From Brachymonas sp. (GTDB lineage Bacteria > Pseudomonadota > Gammaproteobacteria > Burkholderiales > Burkholderiaceae_C): a DNA stretch of 32,000 nucleotides. Where the stretch lies: positions 16,001 through 48,000 of the forward strand of contig JAUMWT010000012.1 of NCBI GenBank assembly GCA_030529505.1, in the 5' to 3' direction. The notes beneath the pieces are model-generated. The model did no database searches and was not told the DNA's origin. It saw only the letters and a list, made by a program, of their open reading frames with translations. A program made the position numbers and the translations under genes. Each line of letters begins with the position of its first letter. Within the stretch, counting starts at the first letter, position 1. Below are positions 1-7,909 of the stretch, piece by piece.

Positions 1-413
1 TGTTTGAAAGCGGCAAAGCCCCAGGCAAGCAAGGTCACTTGAGTCAATTGCCGGGGCCCCATCCATATGCTTGGGTCTTGCGTGATGATTGCTTGGGCGC
101 CGCGGCCCGCTTCCTTTCTGGGCAGAGGCGCTGGCACCGGCCGGTTTTTCAAGCGCCCGGCAGCCGCTGCTTTCAGCCGTTGCGCCCTATCGGGACAGGG
201 CCTTGGGTAGAATGTCGCCGCCCAACCCGCTGCACGCCTTTTGCGCCTTCGTGGGCGCCCTGTTCGCAGGCAGGTTTCAGGCATTGCAAGCGCGCCGCCG
301 GGCGCGTGTTTTGTTGGGTCTTCTTCTTTTTTCTTTTGCGCTCTTTCATCCCCCGGGCCGTGTGACGATGCCCGGGGCCGTGATGCAAGAGCCAGCCCCT
401 TTGCTGGCAGGCG

Positions 414-2222
414 ATGAAGCACATCCGAAATTTTTCCATCATTGCGCATATTGACCACGGCAAGTCCACCCTGGCCGACCGCCTGATTGCGCGTTGCGGC
501 GGTCTTTCGCAACGCGAGATGAGCGAGCAGGTGCTCGACTCGATGGACATCGAGAAAGAGCGCGGCATCACCATCAAGGCGCAGACGGCCGCGCTGCAAT
601 ACAAGGCGCAAGACGGCAAGGTCTACAACCTGAACCTGATCGACACGCCCGGCCACGTGGACTTCAGCTACGAGGTGAGCCGCTCGCTCTCGGCCTGCGA
701 AGGCGCGCTGCTGGTGGTGGATGCCAGCCAGGGCGTGGAAGCGCAAACCGTGGCCAACTGCTACACCGCGCTGGATCTGGGCGTGGAAGTGCTGCCCGTG
801 CTCAACAAGATGGATTTGCCGCAGGCCGATCCCGACAACGCCAAGGCCGAGATCGAGGACGTGATCGGCATCGACGCGAGCGAGGCCATCGCCATCTCGG
901 CCAAGACCGGCATGGGCATTGACGAGGTGCTGGAGCAGATCGTGGCCAAGGTGCCGCCGCCGCGCGGCAAGCCCGATGCCCCGCTGCGCGCCATGATCAT
1001 CGACAGCTGGTTCGACGCCTACGTGGGCGTGGTGATGCTGGTGCGCGTGGTCGATGGCCGCCTGCAAAAGGGCGAGCGCATCAAGCTCATGGCTACGGGC
1101 GCGGCCTACGAGGCCAACAACGTGGGCGTGTTCACCCCCGCGCAGCAGCCGCGCGATGCACTGGAAGCGGGCGAGGTGGGCTACGTCATCGCCGGCATCA
1201 AGGAACTGAAGGCCGCCAAGGTGGGCGACACCATCACGCTGGAGAAAAAGCTGCCCAACAACCTGGGCCCGGCCGAGCAAGCCTTGCCCGGCTTCAAGGA
1301 GATCCAGCCGCAGGTGTTTGCCGGCCTGTACCCGACCGAGGCCAACCAGTACGACGCGCTGCGCGACAGCCTGGAAAAGCTGCAGCTCAACGACGCTTCG
1401 CTGCACTTCGAACCCGAGGTGAGCCAGGCGCTGGGCTTTGGCTTTCGCTGCGGTTTTCTGGGCCTGCTGCACATGGAAATCGTGCAGGAGCGGCTGGAGC
1501 GCGAGTTCGACATGGACCTCATCACCACCGCGCCCAGCGTGGTGTACGAGGTGCAGAAGGCCGATGGCGAGGTCATCCAGGTTGAAAACCCCTCCAAGAT
1601 GCCCGACCAGGGCCGCATTCAGGAAGTGCGCGAGCCGATCGTGACCGTGCACCTGTACATGCCGCAGGATTACGTCGGCCCGGTGATGACGCTGGCCAAT
1701 CAGAAGCGCGGCGTGCAAATCAACATGCAGTACCACGGCCGCCAGGTGATGCTGACCTACGAAATGCCGCTGGGCGAAATCGTGCTGGACTTCTTCGACA
1801 AGCTCAAGAGCGTGAGCCGCGGCTATGCGTCCATGGACTACGAGTTCAAGGAATACCGCCCGTCCGACGTGGTGAAGGTGGACATGCTGCTCAACGGCGA
1901 AAAGGTCGATGCGCTGTCCATCATCGTGCACCGCAGCCAGGCGCAGTTCCGCGGGCGCGCGGTGGCGGCCAAGATGCGCGAGATCATCAGCCGCCAGCAG
2001 TTCGACGTGGCGATCCAGGCCGCTATTGGCGCCAACATCATCGCCCGCGAGAACATCAAGGCCCTGCGCAAGAACGTGCTGGCCAAGTGCTACGGCGGCG
2101 ACATCACGCGCAAGCGCAAGCTGCTGGAAAAACAGAAGGCCGGCAAGAAGCGCATGAAACAGATCGGTTCGGTCGAGGTGCCGCAAGAGGCGTTCCTGGC
2201 CATTTTGCAAGTGGAAGAATAA
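414..2222 (+). CDS. lepA: Elongation factor 4 (translational GTPase LepA)
   Basis: 602 aa, ATG start, TAA stop. GTPase motifs [21 protein letters not shown]. lepB follows 5 nt downstream, as in the conserved lepA-lepB operon. Confidence 0.97.
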   Translation: MKHIRNFSIIAHIDHGKSTLADRLIARCGGLSQREMSEQVLDSMDIEKERGITIKAQTAALQYKAQDGKVYNLNLIDTPGHVDFSYEVSRSLSACEGALLVVDASQGVEAQTVANCYTALDLGVEVLPVLNKMDLPQADPDNAKAEIEDVIGIDASEAIAISAKTGMGIDEVLEQIVAKVPPPRGKPDAPLRAMIIDSWFDAYVGVVMLVRVVDGRLQKGERIKLMATGAAYEANNVGVFTPAQQPRDALEAGEVGYVIAGIKELKAAKVGDTITLEKKLPNNLGPAEQALPGFKEIQPQVFAGLYPTEANQYDALRDSLEKLQLNDASLHFEPEVSQALGFGFRCGFLGLLHMEIVQERLEREFDMDLITTAPSVVYEVQKADGEVIQVENPSKMPDQGRIQEVREPIVTVHLYMPQDYVGPVMTLANQKRGVQINMQYHGRQVMLTYEMPLGEIVLDFFDKLKSVSRGYASMDYEFKEYRPSDVVKVDMLLNGEKVDALSIIVHRSQAQFRGRAVAAKMREIISRQQFDVAIQAAIGANIIARENIKALRKNVLAKCYGGDITRKRKLLEKQKAGKKRMKQIGSVEVPQEAFLAILQVEE

Positions 2223-2227
2223 ATCGC

Positions 2228-3274
2228 ATGGCCTACCTCACAGCACTGGTTCTGGGGCTTTTTGTCGCCTACATGGGCGGTTGGTTTTTGGGTTACGTCG
2301 AAGGCAATATGGCCCTGCTGCTGTCGCTGGCAACGCTGGTGACGGGCATGTACTGGCTGGCCGACAAATTGATCTTTCTGCCCAGGCGCCGCGCCCTGGT
2401 GGCACGCTACGAGCAACAGCTGACCGCCGCCACAGCGCCTGCCACGAGCGGGGCTGCAAGCGATGCGGTGCAGGCACAGTCCGCCCAAGCTGCCCAATCC
2501 GTTCAAGCCGCTAGCGACGAGCAGCAGCAAACCATCAAGAAGCGCTTGCTGGCCCAGCCCTGGTGGCTGGACTGGACGGCAGGCCTCTTCCCCGTGATTG
2601 CGCTGGTATTCACCTTGCGTTCGTTTGCCTTTGAGCCGTTCAAGATTCCATCGGGTTCCATGCTGCCCACGCTGGAAGTGGGCGACCTGATTCTGGTCAA
2701 CAAATGGAAGTGGGGCCTGCGCCTGCCTGTGGTGCATACCAGGCTCACCCAGGGCAGCCCCGTGCAGCGCGGCGATGTGATGGTGTTTCGCTACCCGCCC
2801 AAGCCCAGCGTGGATTACATCAAGCGCGTGGTGGGCCTGCCGGGCGACACCGTTTCCTACCTGAACAAGCAGCTCGTCATCAACGGCCAGGAAATCGAAA
2901 AAATGCCGATGGCCGATTACCTTGGCCTGCAAGAAAAACCCGGCGCTGACGGCCAAACCGTGGCCGAGCCCGTGCAGCTGGAGCAGTATCGCGAGCAGCT
3001 GGGCACGCACACCCACCGGCTTTTGAACGATCCGCAGCGGCCTGCGGGCATTCCCATTGCAGAGAGTTTTCCGAAGCAGGAAAGCTGTAATTACAGCCCC
3101 GAGGGCGTGACCTGCAAAGTCCCCGAAGGGCACTATCTGGTGCTGGGCGACAACCGTGACGATTCCTACGACTCGCGCTTCTGGGGCTTTGTGCCCGAGC
3201 GCAACATCGTGGGCAAGGCCGAGGTGGTGTGGCTCAATCTGGGCAATTTGCGGCGTATTGGCCGCATTGATTGA
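2228..3274 (+). CDS. lepB: Signal peptidase I
   Basis: 348 aa from ATG 2228; the track ORF 2087..3274 starts too far upstream, inside lepA. N-terminal TM helices. Signal peptidase I boxes IPSGSMLPTL, RGDVMVFRYP, YIKRVVGLPGD, GDNRDDSYDSRFWGFV. Confidence 0.93.
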   Translation: MAYLTALVLGLFVAYMGGWFLGYVEGNMALLLSLATLVTGMYWLADKLIFLPRRRALVARYEQQLTAATAPATSGAASDAVQAQSAQAAQSVQAASDEQQQTIKKRLLAQPWWLDWTAGLFPVIALVFTLRSFAFEPFKIPSGSMLPTLEVGDLILVNKWKWGLRLPVVHTRLTQGSPVQRGDVMVFRYPPKPSVDYIKRVVGLPGDTVSYLNKQLVINGQEIEKMPMADYLGLQEKPGADGQTVAEPVQLEQYREQLGTHTHRLLNDPQRPAGIPIAESFPKQESCNYSPEGVTCKVPEGHYLVLGDNRDDSYDSRFWGFVPERNIVGKAEVVWLNLGNLRRIGRID

Positions 3275-3415
3275 TCGATGAGCAGAGATTGGACGGTGGT
3301 CGGGCAATGAGGTAACGAATAGTTACTACAATAGCAGCAGTGGCTTTGTTCGATCCATCAAAAAAGATCACTCCCGGCAAATTCAGATACCTTGACATTG
3401 GCAAAGGAATTCACC

Positions 3416-3781
3416 ATGCGGTCGCATTCAGGCTTGGCGCACAAACAGCGCGGCATCACTTTCATCGGCCTCTTGTTTGTGGCCGTCATCGTCGGCTTCC
3501 TGATGATCGTGGCAGCCAAAACGGTGCCCACGGTCATCGAATATCAGGCCATCGTCAAAGCCATCAACAAGGCCAAAGACAACGAAACCGTGGCTGAAAT
3601 CGAGCGCTCTTTCAACGCGGCTGCCGCCATTGACGATTTCACCGCCGTGCGTGCCGAAGATTTGGTGATCACCAAAGAAAACGGCCAGGTCATGATCGAA
3701 TTTGCCTACGACAAAGAGATCAAACTCATGGGCCCGGTTTCGCTGCTGATTCACTACTCCGGCAGCACCAAGGGCAAGTGA
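3416..3781 (+). CDS. Small membrane protein with pilin-like N-terminus (DUF4845-like)
   Basis: 121 aa from ATG 3416 with AAAGGAA about 7 nt upstream; the track ORF begins at an upstream TTG 3392. Hydrophobic N-terminus RGITFIGLLFVAVIVGFL. Its position between lepB and rnc matches the DUF4845 gene I recall there in Burkholderiales (not searched). Confidence 0.6.
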   Translation: MRSHSGLAHKQRGITFIGLLFVAVIVGFLMIVAAKTVPTVIEYQAIVKAINKAKDNETVAEIERSFNAAAAIDDFTAVRAEDLVITKENGQVMIEFAYDKEIKLMGPVSLLIHYSGSTKGK

Positions 3782-3782
3782 T

Positions 3783-4592
3783 TTGAGCAAGCCGCCGGGC
3801 GCTGCGCGCGCCTCTTCGCCCGATCAGGCCGCAGCCAGCGCGCTGCTGGCGCGCCAGTTGGGGCATGTGTTTGCCCAACCAGCCTTGCTGCAACAGGCGC
3901 TCACGCACCGCAGCTTCTCGGCCGACCACAACGAGCGGCTGGAGTTTCTGGGCGACTCGGTGCTCAACCTCGCCGTCTCAAGCCTTTTGTACGAACGTTT
4001 GCCGCAAGCGCCAGAAGGCGATCTCTCGCGCATTCGCGCCAATCTGGTCAAGCAAGACAGCTTGCACCGCATTGCTCTCAAACTCGATTTGTCGCCCGCC
4101 TTGCGACTGGGCGAGGGCGAGTTGCGCTCCGGCGGCTTGAAGCGCCCCTCCATCCTGGCCGACGCACTCGAAGCCGTTTTGGGCGCGGTGTATCTGGACG
4201 CAGGCTATGCCGTGGCCGAAGCCTTGGTGCACCGCCTGTTTGCCGATGTGGATGTGCAAGAACATGCCCAGGCCTCGGGCAAAGACGCCAAAACGGCCTT
4301 GCAAGAGTGGTTGCAAGCGCGCAAATACGCCGTGCCGCAGTATCAAGTCACAGACGTGGGCGGGCAGGCGCACCAGCAAACCTTCTGGGTGGTGTGTGAA
4401 GTAGCAGCCCTGGGCATTCGGCAAAGTGGCAGCGGTAGTTCGCGCCGCGCGGCCGAGCAAGACGCCGCCGGCAAAATGCTGGCCCAGTTGCAGACCAACC
4501 ACGTGCAGCCCGAAACTGCCCGCAAAAAACCGGCCAACAAGGCGCGCAAAATGGCATCGCTACGCTCGGCATCGGGCAAGGCGGTCCCATGA
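3783..4592 (+). CDS. rnc: Ribonuclease III
   Basis: 269 aa. RNase III signature ERLEFLGDSVLN preceded by ALTHRSF, with a C-terminal dsRNA-binding region (KTALQEWLQ...). The only start upstream of the conserved core is TTG 3783, adjacent to the previous stop. Basic C-terminal tail. Confidence 0.9.
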   Translation: MSKPPGAARASSPDQAAASALLARQLGHVFAQPALLQQALTHRSFSADHNERLEFLGDSVLNLAVSSLLYERLPQAPEGDLSRIRANLVKQDSLHRIALKLDLSPALRLGEGELRSGGLKRPSILADALEAVLGAVYLDAGYAVAEALVHRLFADVDVQEHAQASGKDAKTALQEWLQARKYAVPQYQVTDVGGQAHQQTFWVVCEVAALGIRQSGSGSSRRAAEQDAAGKMLAQLQTNHVQPETARKKPANKARKMASLRSASGKAVP

Positions 4593-4622
4593 GGGTTGTG
4601 CGCAAAGCACAAGCCATTTTTT
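4593..4622 (+). terminator. Rho-independent terminator-like hairpin after rnc
   Basis: GGGTTGTGC-gcaaa-GCACAAGCC (one mismatch) followed by ATTTTTT, starting right after the rnc stop codon. Confidence 0.5.
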
Positions 4623-5059
4623 GATGCGCGTGTTGTGCTCCCCTTGCTTGGTAATGGCCGAATGGAACGGGGTGTTTGTTTGGCTTGATGCATGGCTGCA
4701 TAGCCATGAATAGCGAGCGAACCTTGGCTGAATGGCATGCGGTCGATTCATTTATCGAGTCAGTCGGGCGCTTTCAGCTTCAAAAAATTGTGGTGTAAAG
4801 CCGTGAAGAAACACCATGCCAAAAACCCTTGCCAAGTGGCGCTGTTGTTGGGCTCTGTACGTGTAGTGAAAGCTACAGTTGAAGGCTTCAAAAAGATTGC
4901 CACGGTTGGAATCGCTCGTGTCGCCACATAGTGGCCTACCCTGCCAACGCAAGCCACTGCCTGTGACCAGACACAACAAGTTTGTGATCGTTTGTCGTCG
5001 CAGCCGCATTTTCTTTTGTACGCTGCAAGCGTTTTTCTGTTTTCAAGAAGTCATTGCTC

Positions 5060-6106
5060 ATGTCCAAAAAAACTGCCCACCCCTCGCCCGAAAACGGCAC
5101 CTTGTCTGCCGAAGTCAACGCCCAGCTTCAGGCCATTTTGGGGCGGAGTGCGTCATCGGGTGCGGGCGAGACAGCTGCAAGAGAAAGTGCTGTGGCCAGC
5201 GTGCCAGCAGCTGAACAACACTGCGGCCTGATCGCTATTGTGGGTCGCCCCAATGTGGGCAAATCCACATTGCTGAATGCGTTGGTGGGGCAAAAAATCA
5301 GCATCACCAGCCGCAAGGCGCAAACCACGCGCCACCGCATCATGGGTATCTGCACACGTGGCGTCTATCAATATGTGTTTGTCGATACGCCCGGCTTTCA
5401 AACCCGGCACGGCAATGCGCTCAACAAATCCTTGAACAAGGCCGTGGCCGGCGCCGTATCGGACGTGGACTTGGTGCTGTTCGTGGTTGAGGCCGGACGC
5501 TTTGGCGCGGAAGATGTCAAGGTGCTGGAACTGCTGCCGCCCAATGTGCCCGTGATCTTGATCGCCAGCAAGCTCGATGCCGTGCCTCAGCGCCAGAACC
5601 TGCCGCCCTGGTTGCTGGAAATGCAGCAGCGCCACCCCTTTGCCGAGCTGATGCCCATTTCCGCCAAAAACCGCCAGGACGTGCAGCGCGTGCTGGACGT
5701 GGTGGCGCGCTACCTGCCGCAGCAGCCGTGGTGGTACGGTGCCGATGAGCTCACCGACAAAAGCGAGCGCTTTCTGGCTGCCGAAATCGTGCGCGAAAAA
5801 CTGTTCCGCCTGACGGGCGATGAACTGCCCTACACCTCCACCGTGGTGGTCGATCAGTTCGAAGAAGAACCCGGCAAACAAGCTGCCCGCATGGTGCGCA
5901 TCGCCGCCACCATCATCGTTGAGCGTGAGGGGCACAAGGTCATGGTCATCGGTGAAAAAGGTGAACGCATCAAACGCATCGGCACCGAAGCCCGGCAGGA
6001 GCTGGAAAAACTGCTCAACGCCAAAGTCTTTATCGAACTGTGGGTCAAGGTGCGATCGGGCTGGGCCGACGATGCCGCCCGTGTGCGGGCGTTTGGGTAT
6101 GAGTGA
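5060..6106 (+). CDS. era: GTPase Era
   Basis: 348 aa from ATG 5060; the track ORF starts at TTG 5054. G1 motif [13 protein letters not shown]3 motif DTPG, KH-type C-terminal half. About 55 aa of low-complexity N-terminal extension. Confidence 0.92.
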   Translation: MSKKTAHPSPENGTLSAEVNAQLQAILGRSASSGAGETAARESAVASVPAAEQHCGLIAIVGRPNVGKSTLLNALVGQKISITSRKAQTTRHRIMGICTRGVYQYVFVDTPGFQTRHGNALNKSLNKAVAGAVSDVDLVLFVVEAGRFGAEDVKVLELLPPNVPVILIASKLDAVPQRQNLPPWLLEMQQRHPFAELMPISAKNRQDVQRVLDVVARYLPQQPWWYGADELTDKSERFLAAEIVREKLFRLTGDELPYTSTVVVDQFEEEPGKQAARMVRIAATIIVEREGHKVMVIGEKGERIKRIGTEARQELEKLLNAKVFIELWVKVRSGWADDAARVRAFGYE

Positions 6107-6138
6107 ATGCGGGTGCCGTAACCATCGGCCCATTCATT

Positions 6139-6150
6139 TGGCGGGACGAT
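6139..6150. repeat. Weak third att-like copy (tggcgg-gacgat)
   Basis: Matches the 13-nt tRNA-Ser 3'-end core tggcggagacgaa at 11 positions with a 1-nt gap. Lies 33 nt after the era stop. Short, so it could be chance. Confidence 0.25.
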
Positions 6151-6314
6151 GCGCACACATGCTTAAATGTGCGCGTCAAGACTTTACCCTTTTGCTCTTT
6201 GCGTATGTACTTGGGGCTGGAGCAAAGCTTATTCGGGGATAAGGTAGATACCAGCTTAGATTGTTAGATTGAGCCTAGAGAGCGTTGGGCGTTGATTTGT
6301 TCGTGATCAACGTA

Positions 6315-6378
6315 GAAATCGAGGCAGAAAAAAGCCCACAAGCGCAAGCTGATGGGCAGTCATTGAATCTCAAATTTG
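6315..6378. repeat. Direct repeat: copy of the prophage right end (3' end of the HTH gene)
   Basis: gaaatcgaggcagaaaaaagcccacaagcgcaagctgatgggc... aligns with 14468..14531 (gaaatcgaggcagaaaaaaagcccacaagcgcgagcttatgggc...). The first ~45 nt differ only by one extra A and two substitutions; similarity is weaker for the next ~20 nt. Confidence 0.75.
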
Positions 6379-6387
6379 AAAAACAAA

Positions 6388-6412
6388 AACGCCCTGGAAG
6401 GGGCGTTTTTAT
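6388..6412. terminator. Bidirectional terminator-like hairpin
   Basis: AACGCCC-tggaag-GGGCGTT flanked by an A-run (aaaaacaaaaa) and a T-run (ttttt). Confidence 0.45.
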
Positions 6413-6418
6413 TGAGCC

Positions 6419-6431
6419 TGACGGAGACGAA
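6419..6431. repeat. Putative attL core (tgacggagacgaa)
   Basis: 12 of 13 nt identical to 14530..14542 (tggcggagacgaa), which is the reverse complement of the last 13 nt of tRNA-Ser including CCA. Lies just outside the recombinase gene and its terminator. Confidence 0.55.
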
Positions 6432-6463
6432 CGTTTCCGAGTATTGCGTATGGTTAAAAAATA

Positions 6464-6495
6464 CAACAAAAAGCCAGCAAGTTGCTGGTTTTTTT
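6464..6495. terminator. Bidirectional terminator hairpin downstream of the recombinase gene
   Basis: CCAGCAA-g-TTGCTGG with T7 on the plus side and ctttttgttg on the minus side. Begins 5 nt after the TGA (6500-6502) that ends the out-of-frame HTH segment of the recombinase. Confidence 0.6.
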
Positions 6496-6499
6496 GTGC

Positions 6500-7077
6500 T
6501 CAAGGGTCAGCAGCCGAGAAGATTTCTGCATGGTACTTCTTGAAGTAGCGCTTGATGGCAGAGGTTGTCATACCCTACCTTCTCGATATTTCAGGCCTCG
6601 TGACTCCTCGCCAATACAAGGCTTTGATGTTGCGCAGAGCGTCGTCAGGGATGGTGCAGGGACGGCGCTGAGCCTGGCCCCTTTTTCGACGGCTGCACGC
6701 TGGCCGGCAATGGAGCGTTCGCGGATGAGGTTGCGTTCGAGTTCTGCGACGGCTCCCAATATCTGGAGCATGAAGCGGCCCAAGTAGTTATCGGTTTGAA
6801 CGGGTTCGGTGAGGCTGCGAAATTTGCAGCCTTTGCGTTCCAGTGTTTCCAGTATGTGCAGCAGGTCTTTGAGGCTTCTCGCCAAGCGATCCAGTTTGTA
6901 GACCAACAGGGTGTCGCCGGGCTTGACCGCTTGGAGGAGTTTTTGCAGTTCCGGGCGGGCGCCAACGCTACTGGTTTTTTCGTGGTAAATGTGCTCTGCG
7001 CCAGCTTCTTGCAGGGCGTCGAGTTGCAGTTGGGTGTCTTGTTCGATGCTGCTGACACGGGCGTATCCGTAGATCAT
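6500..7077 (-). pseudogene. Small serine recombinase (resolvase/invertase family), C-terminal HTH domain disrupted
   Basis: Catalytic domain is intact in ORF 6568..7077: MIYGYARVSSIEQD, LLVYKLDRLARS, ILGAVAELERNLIRERS. After ...AAVEKG the frame gives unrelated residues. The expected DNA-binding domain (RRPCTIPDDALRNIKALYWRGVTRPEISRR*GMTTSAIKRYFKKY) is read in a frame offset by a net 1-nt deletion, contains TAG at 6575-6577 and ends at TGA 6500-6502. A homopolymer run A5G4 (6678-6686) sits at the likely shift point. Confidence 0.7.
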
Positions 7078-7196
7078 TTGGGCTCCTTGGGTAGTAAATT
7101 AGCTCACGTTGCAAAAGCCACGCCAGAACCCGCTGTGCGGAACCTGGCATGTCTTTTGGCTTTAACGTTCGCTGCGCGAAAAACAGCTCTAGCCCG

Positions 7197-7271
7197 AATT
7201 TGCACACACCTCCATCAAGCCCCCACCCAGGGTGAGGGGCGATTGATGGAGGTGTCTGGTTTGTGCAAATT
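7197..7271. repeat. Long imperfect inverted repeat (extended hairpin)
   Basis: aatttgcacacacctccatcaa (7198-7218) pairs with ttgatggaggtgtctggtttgtgcaaatt (7243-7271). The inner part gcccccaccc/gggtgaggggc also pairs. Confidence 0.5.
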
Positions 7272-7291
7272 ACGGGCTTTCGCCCGTTTTT
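7272..7291 (+). terminator. Terminator-like hairpin
   Basis: ACGGGC-tttc-GCCCGT followed by TTTTT, immediately after the long inverted repeat. No annotated plus-strand gene lies upstream. Confidence 0.4.
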
Positions 7292-7388
7292 CTATGTGAT
7301 GATTTGAGCACCCTATCCCCCCCGCCCCTTTCCCCTAGGAAAGGGGAGCGAGGGAGCTTCTTTCTGAAGGTGTCTAAAAGGGAAAAAG

Positions 7389-7622
7389 ATGAACGATTGG
7401 GAATTGGTGAGTGAGTTGCAAGACGTTGAAACGTTTGCAAAGGGTTCGGCCATCCGGGAGCTTCGGCGCTTGATTCGGGCGTATGGCGGTTCAAACTGGC
7501 GCAAGCGCAAGGGGTTCGGCTGGGTGCGCTTGGAGTCTGGCGAAATTTGCGAAGCTGAACTACACTGGTACGAGGCGCACGGTGTGGGCAAGGTTGAAAT
7601 GAAGATCAAGGACTTTCTATGA
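7389..7622 (+). CDS. Hypothetical small protein, upstream member of an overlapping two-gene cassette
   Basis: 77 aa, ATG with AAGGGAAAAAG upstream. C-terminal motif WRKRKGFGWVRLESGEICEAELHWYEAHGVGKVEMKIK, which I recall from conserved small hypothetical proteins in diverse bacteria. Its stop overlaps the next start (ATGA at 7619-7622). Confidence 0.7.
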   Translation: MNDWELVSELQDVETFAKGSAIRELRRLIRAYGGSNWRKRKGFGWVRLESGEICEAELHWYEAHGVGKVEMKIKDFL

Positions 7623-7828
7623 GCTGGGTAATTTGCATCAATAACGAAGGGTACGAAGCAAGTTTGGAGCGGCGCAAGCTGTATCAGGTGTTGCCTGATG
7701 CCAAGGCCGAAAGCAAGAACATGGTTCGCGTGGTGGATGAGTCAGGTGATGACTATCTGTATTCGGCCAAGTTGTTTGAAAAGATTGAGGTTGCCAAACT
7801 GCTTGAACAGCAGTTGATGGTTGCATAA
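7619..7828 (+). CDS. Hypothetical small acidic protein, downstream member of the cassette
   Basis: 69 aa, translationally coupled by the ATGA overlap. Motif YEASLERRKLYQVLPD...VRVVDESGDDYLYSAKLF resembles a recurrent partner of the upstream family (from memory). Confidence 0.7.
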   Translation: MSWVICINNEGYEASLERRKLYQVLPDAKAESKNMVRVVDESGDDYLYSAKLFEKIEVAKLLEQQLMVA

Positions 7829-7845
7829 GAAATTTGCTCGACGTA

Positions 7846-7890
7846 GCTGGCGAAGCGTATCCCCACAAGTGGGGCCCCTCGCTCGCCAGC
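7846..7890. terminator. Convergent (bidirectional) terminator structure between the cassette and zot
   Basis: Nested hairpin: outer gctggcgaagcg / cgctcgccagc, inner CCCCAC-aa-GTGGGG (7861-7874). Lies between two convergent genes. Confidence 0.5.
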
Positions 7891-7909
7891 ACGCTCGCAA
7901 AAATCAACA

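Noticed and set aside
1-42. Possible 3' end of an upstream plus-strand gene (…KAAKPQASKVT* ending at TGA 40-42)
   Set aside because: Only 13 codons are visible, which is too little to support a feature.
351-377. Hairpin CCCCGGGC-N11-GCCCGGGG upstream of lepA
   Set aside because: No adjacent T-run on either strand and no recognisable regulatory motif. It may be a fortuitous GC-rich palindrome.
2090-3307. 405-aa ORF on the minus strand
   Set aside because: It lies entirely antisense to lepB, which has unmistakable signal-peptidase motifs. The composition is Ala/Gly/His/Arg-rich, typical of shadow ORFs in GC-rich DNA.
5153-6133. 326-aa ORF on the minus strand
   Set aside because: Antisense shadow of era, with no recognisable motifs.
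6285-6548. 87-aa plus-strand ORF resembling the C-terminus of the prophage HTH protein (EIEAEK...)
   Set aside because: It spans two terminator hairpins and the attL core. The resemblance is explained by the DNA repeat 6315-6378, so I treat it as a remnant rather than a gene.
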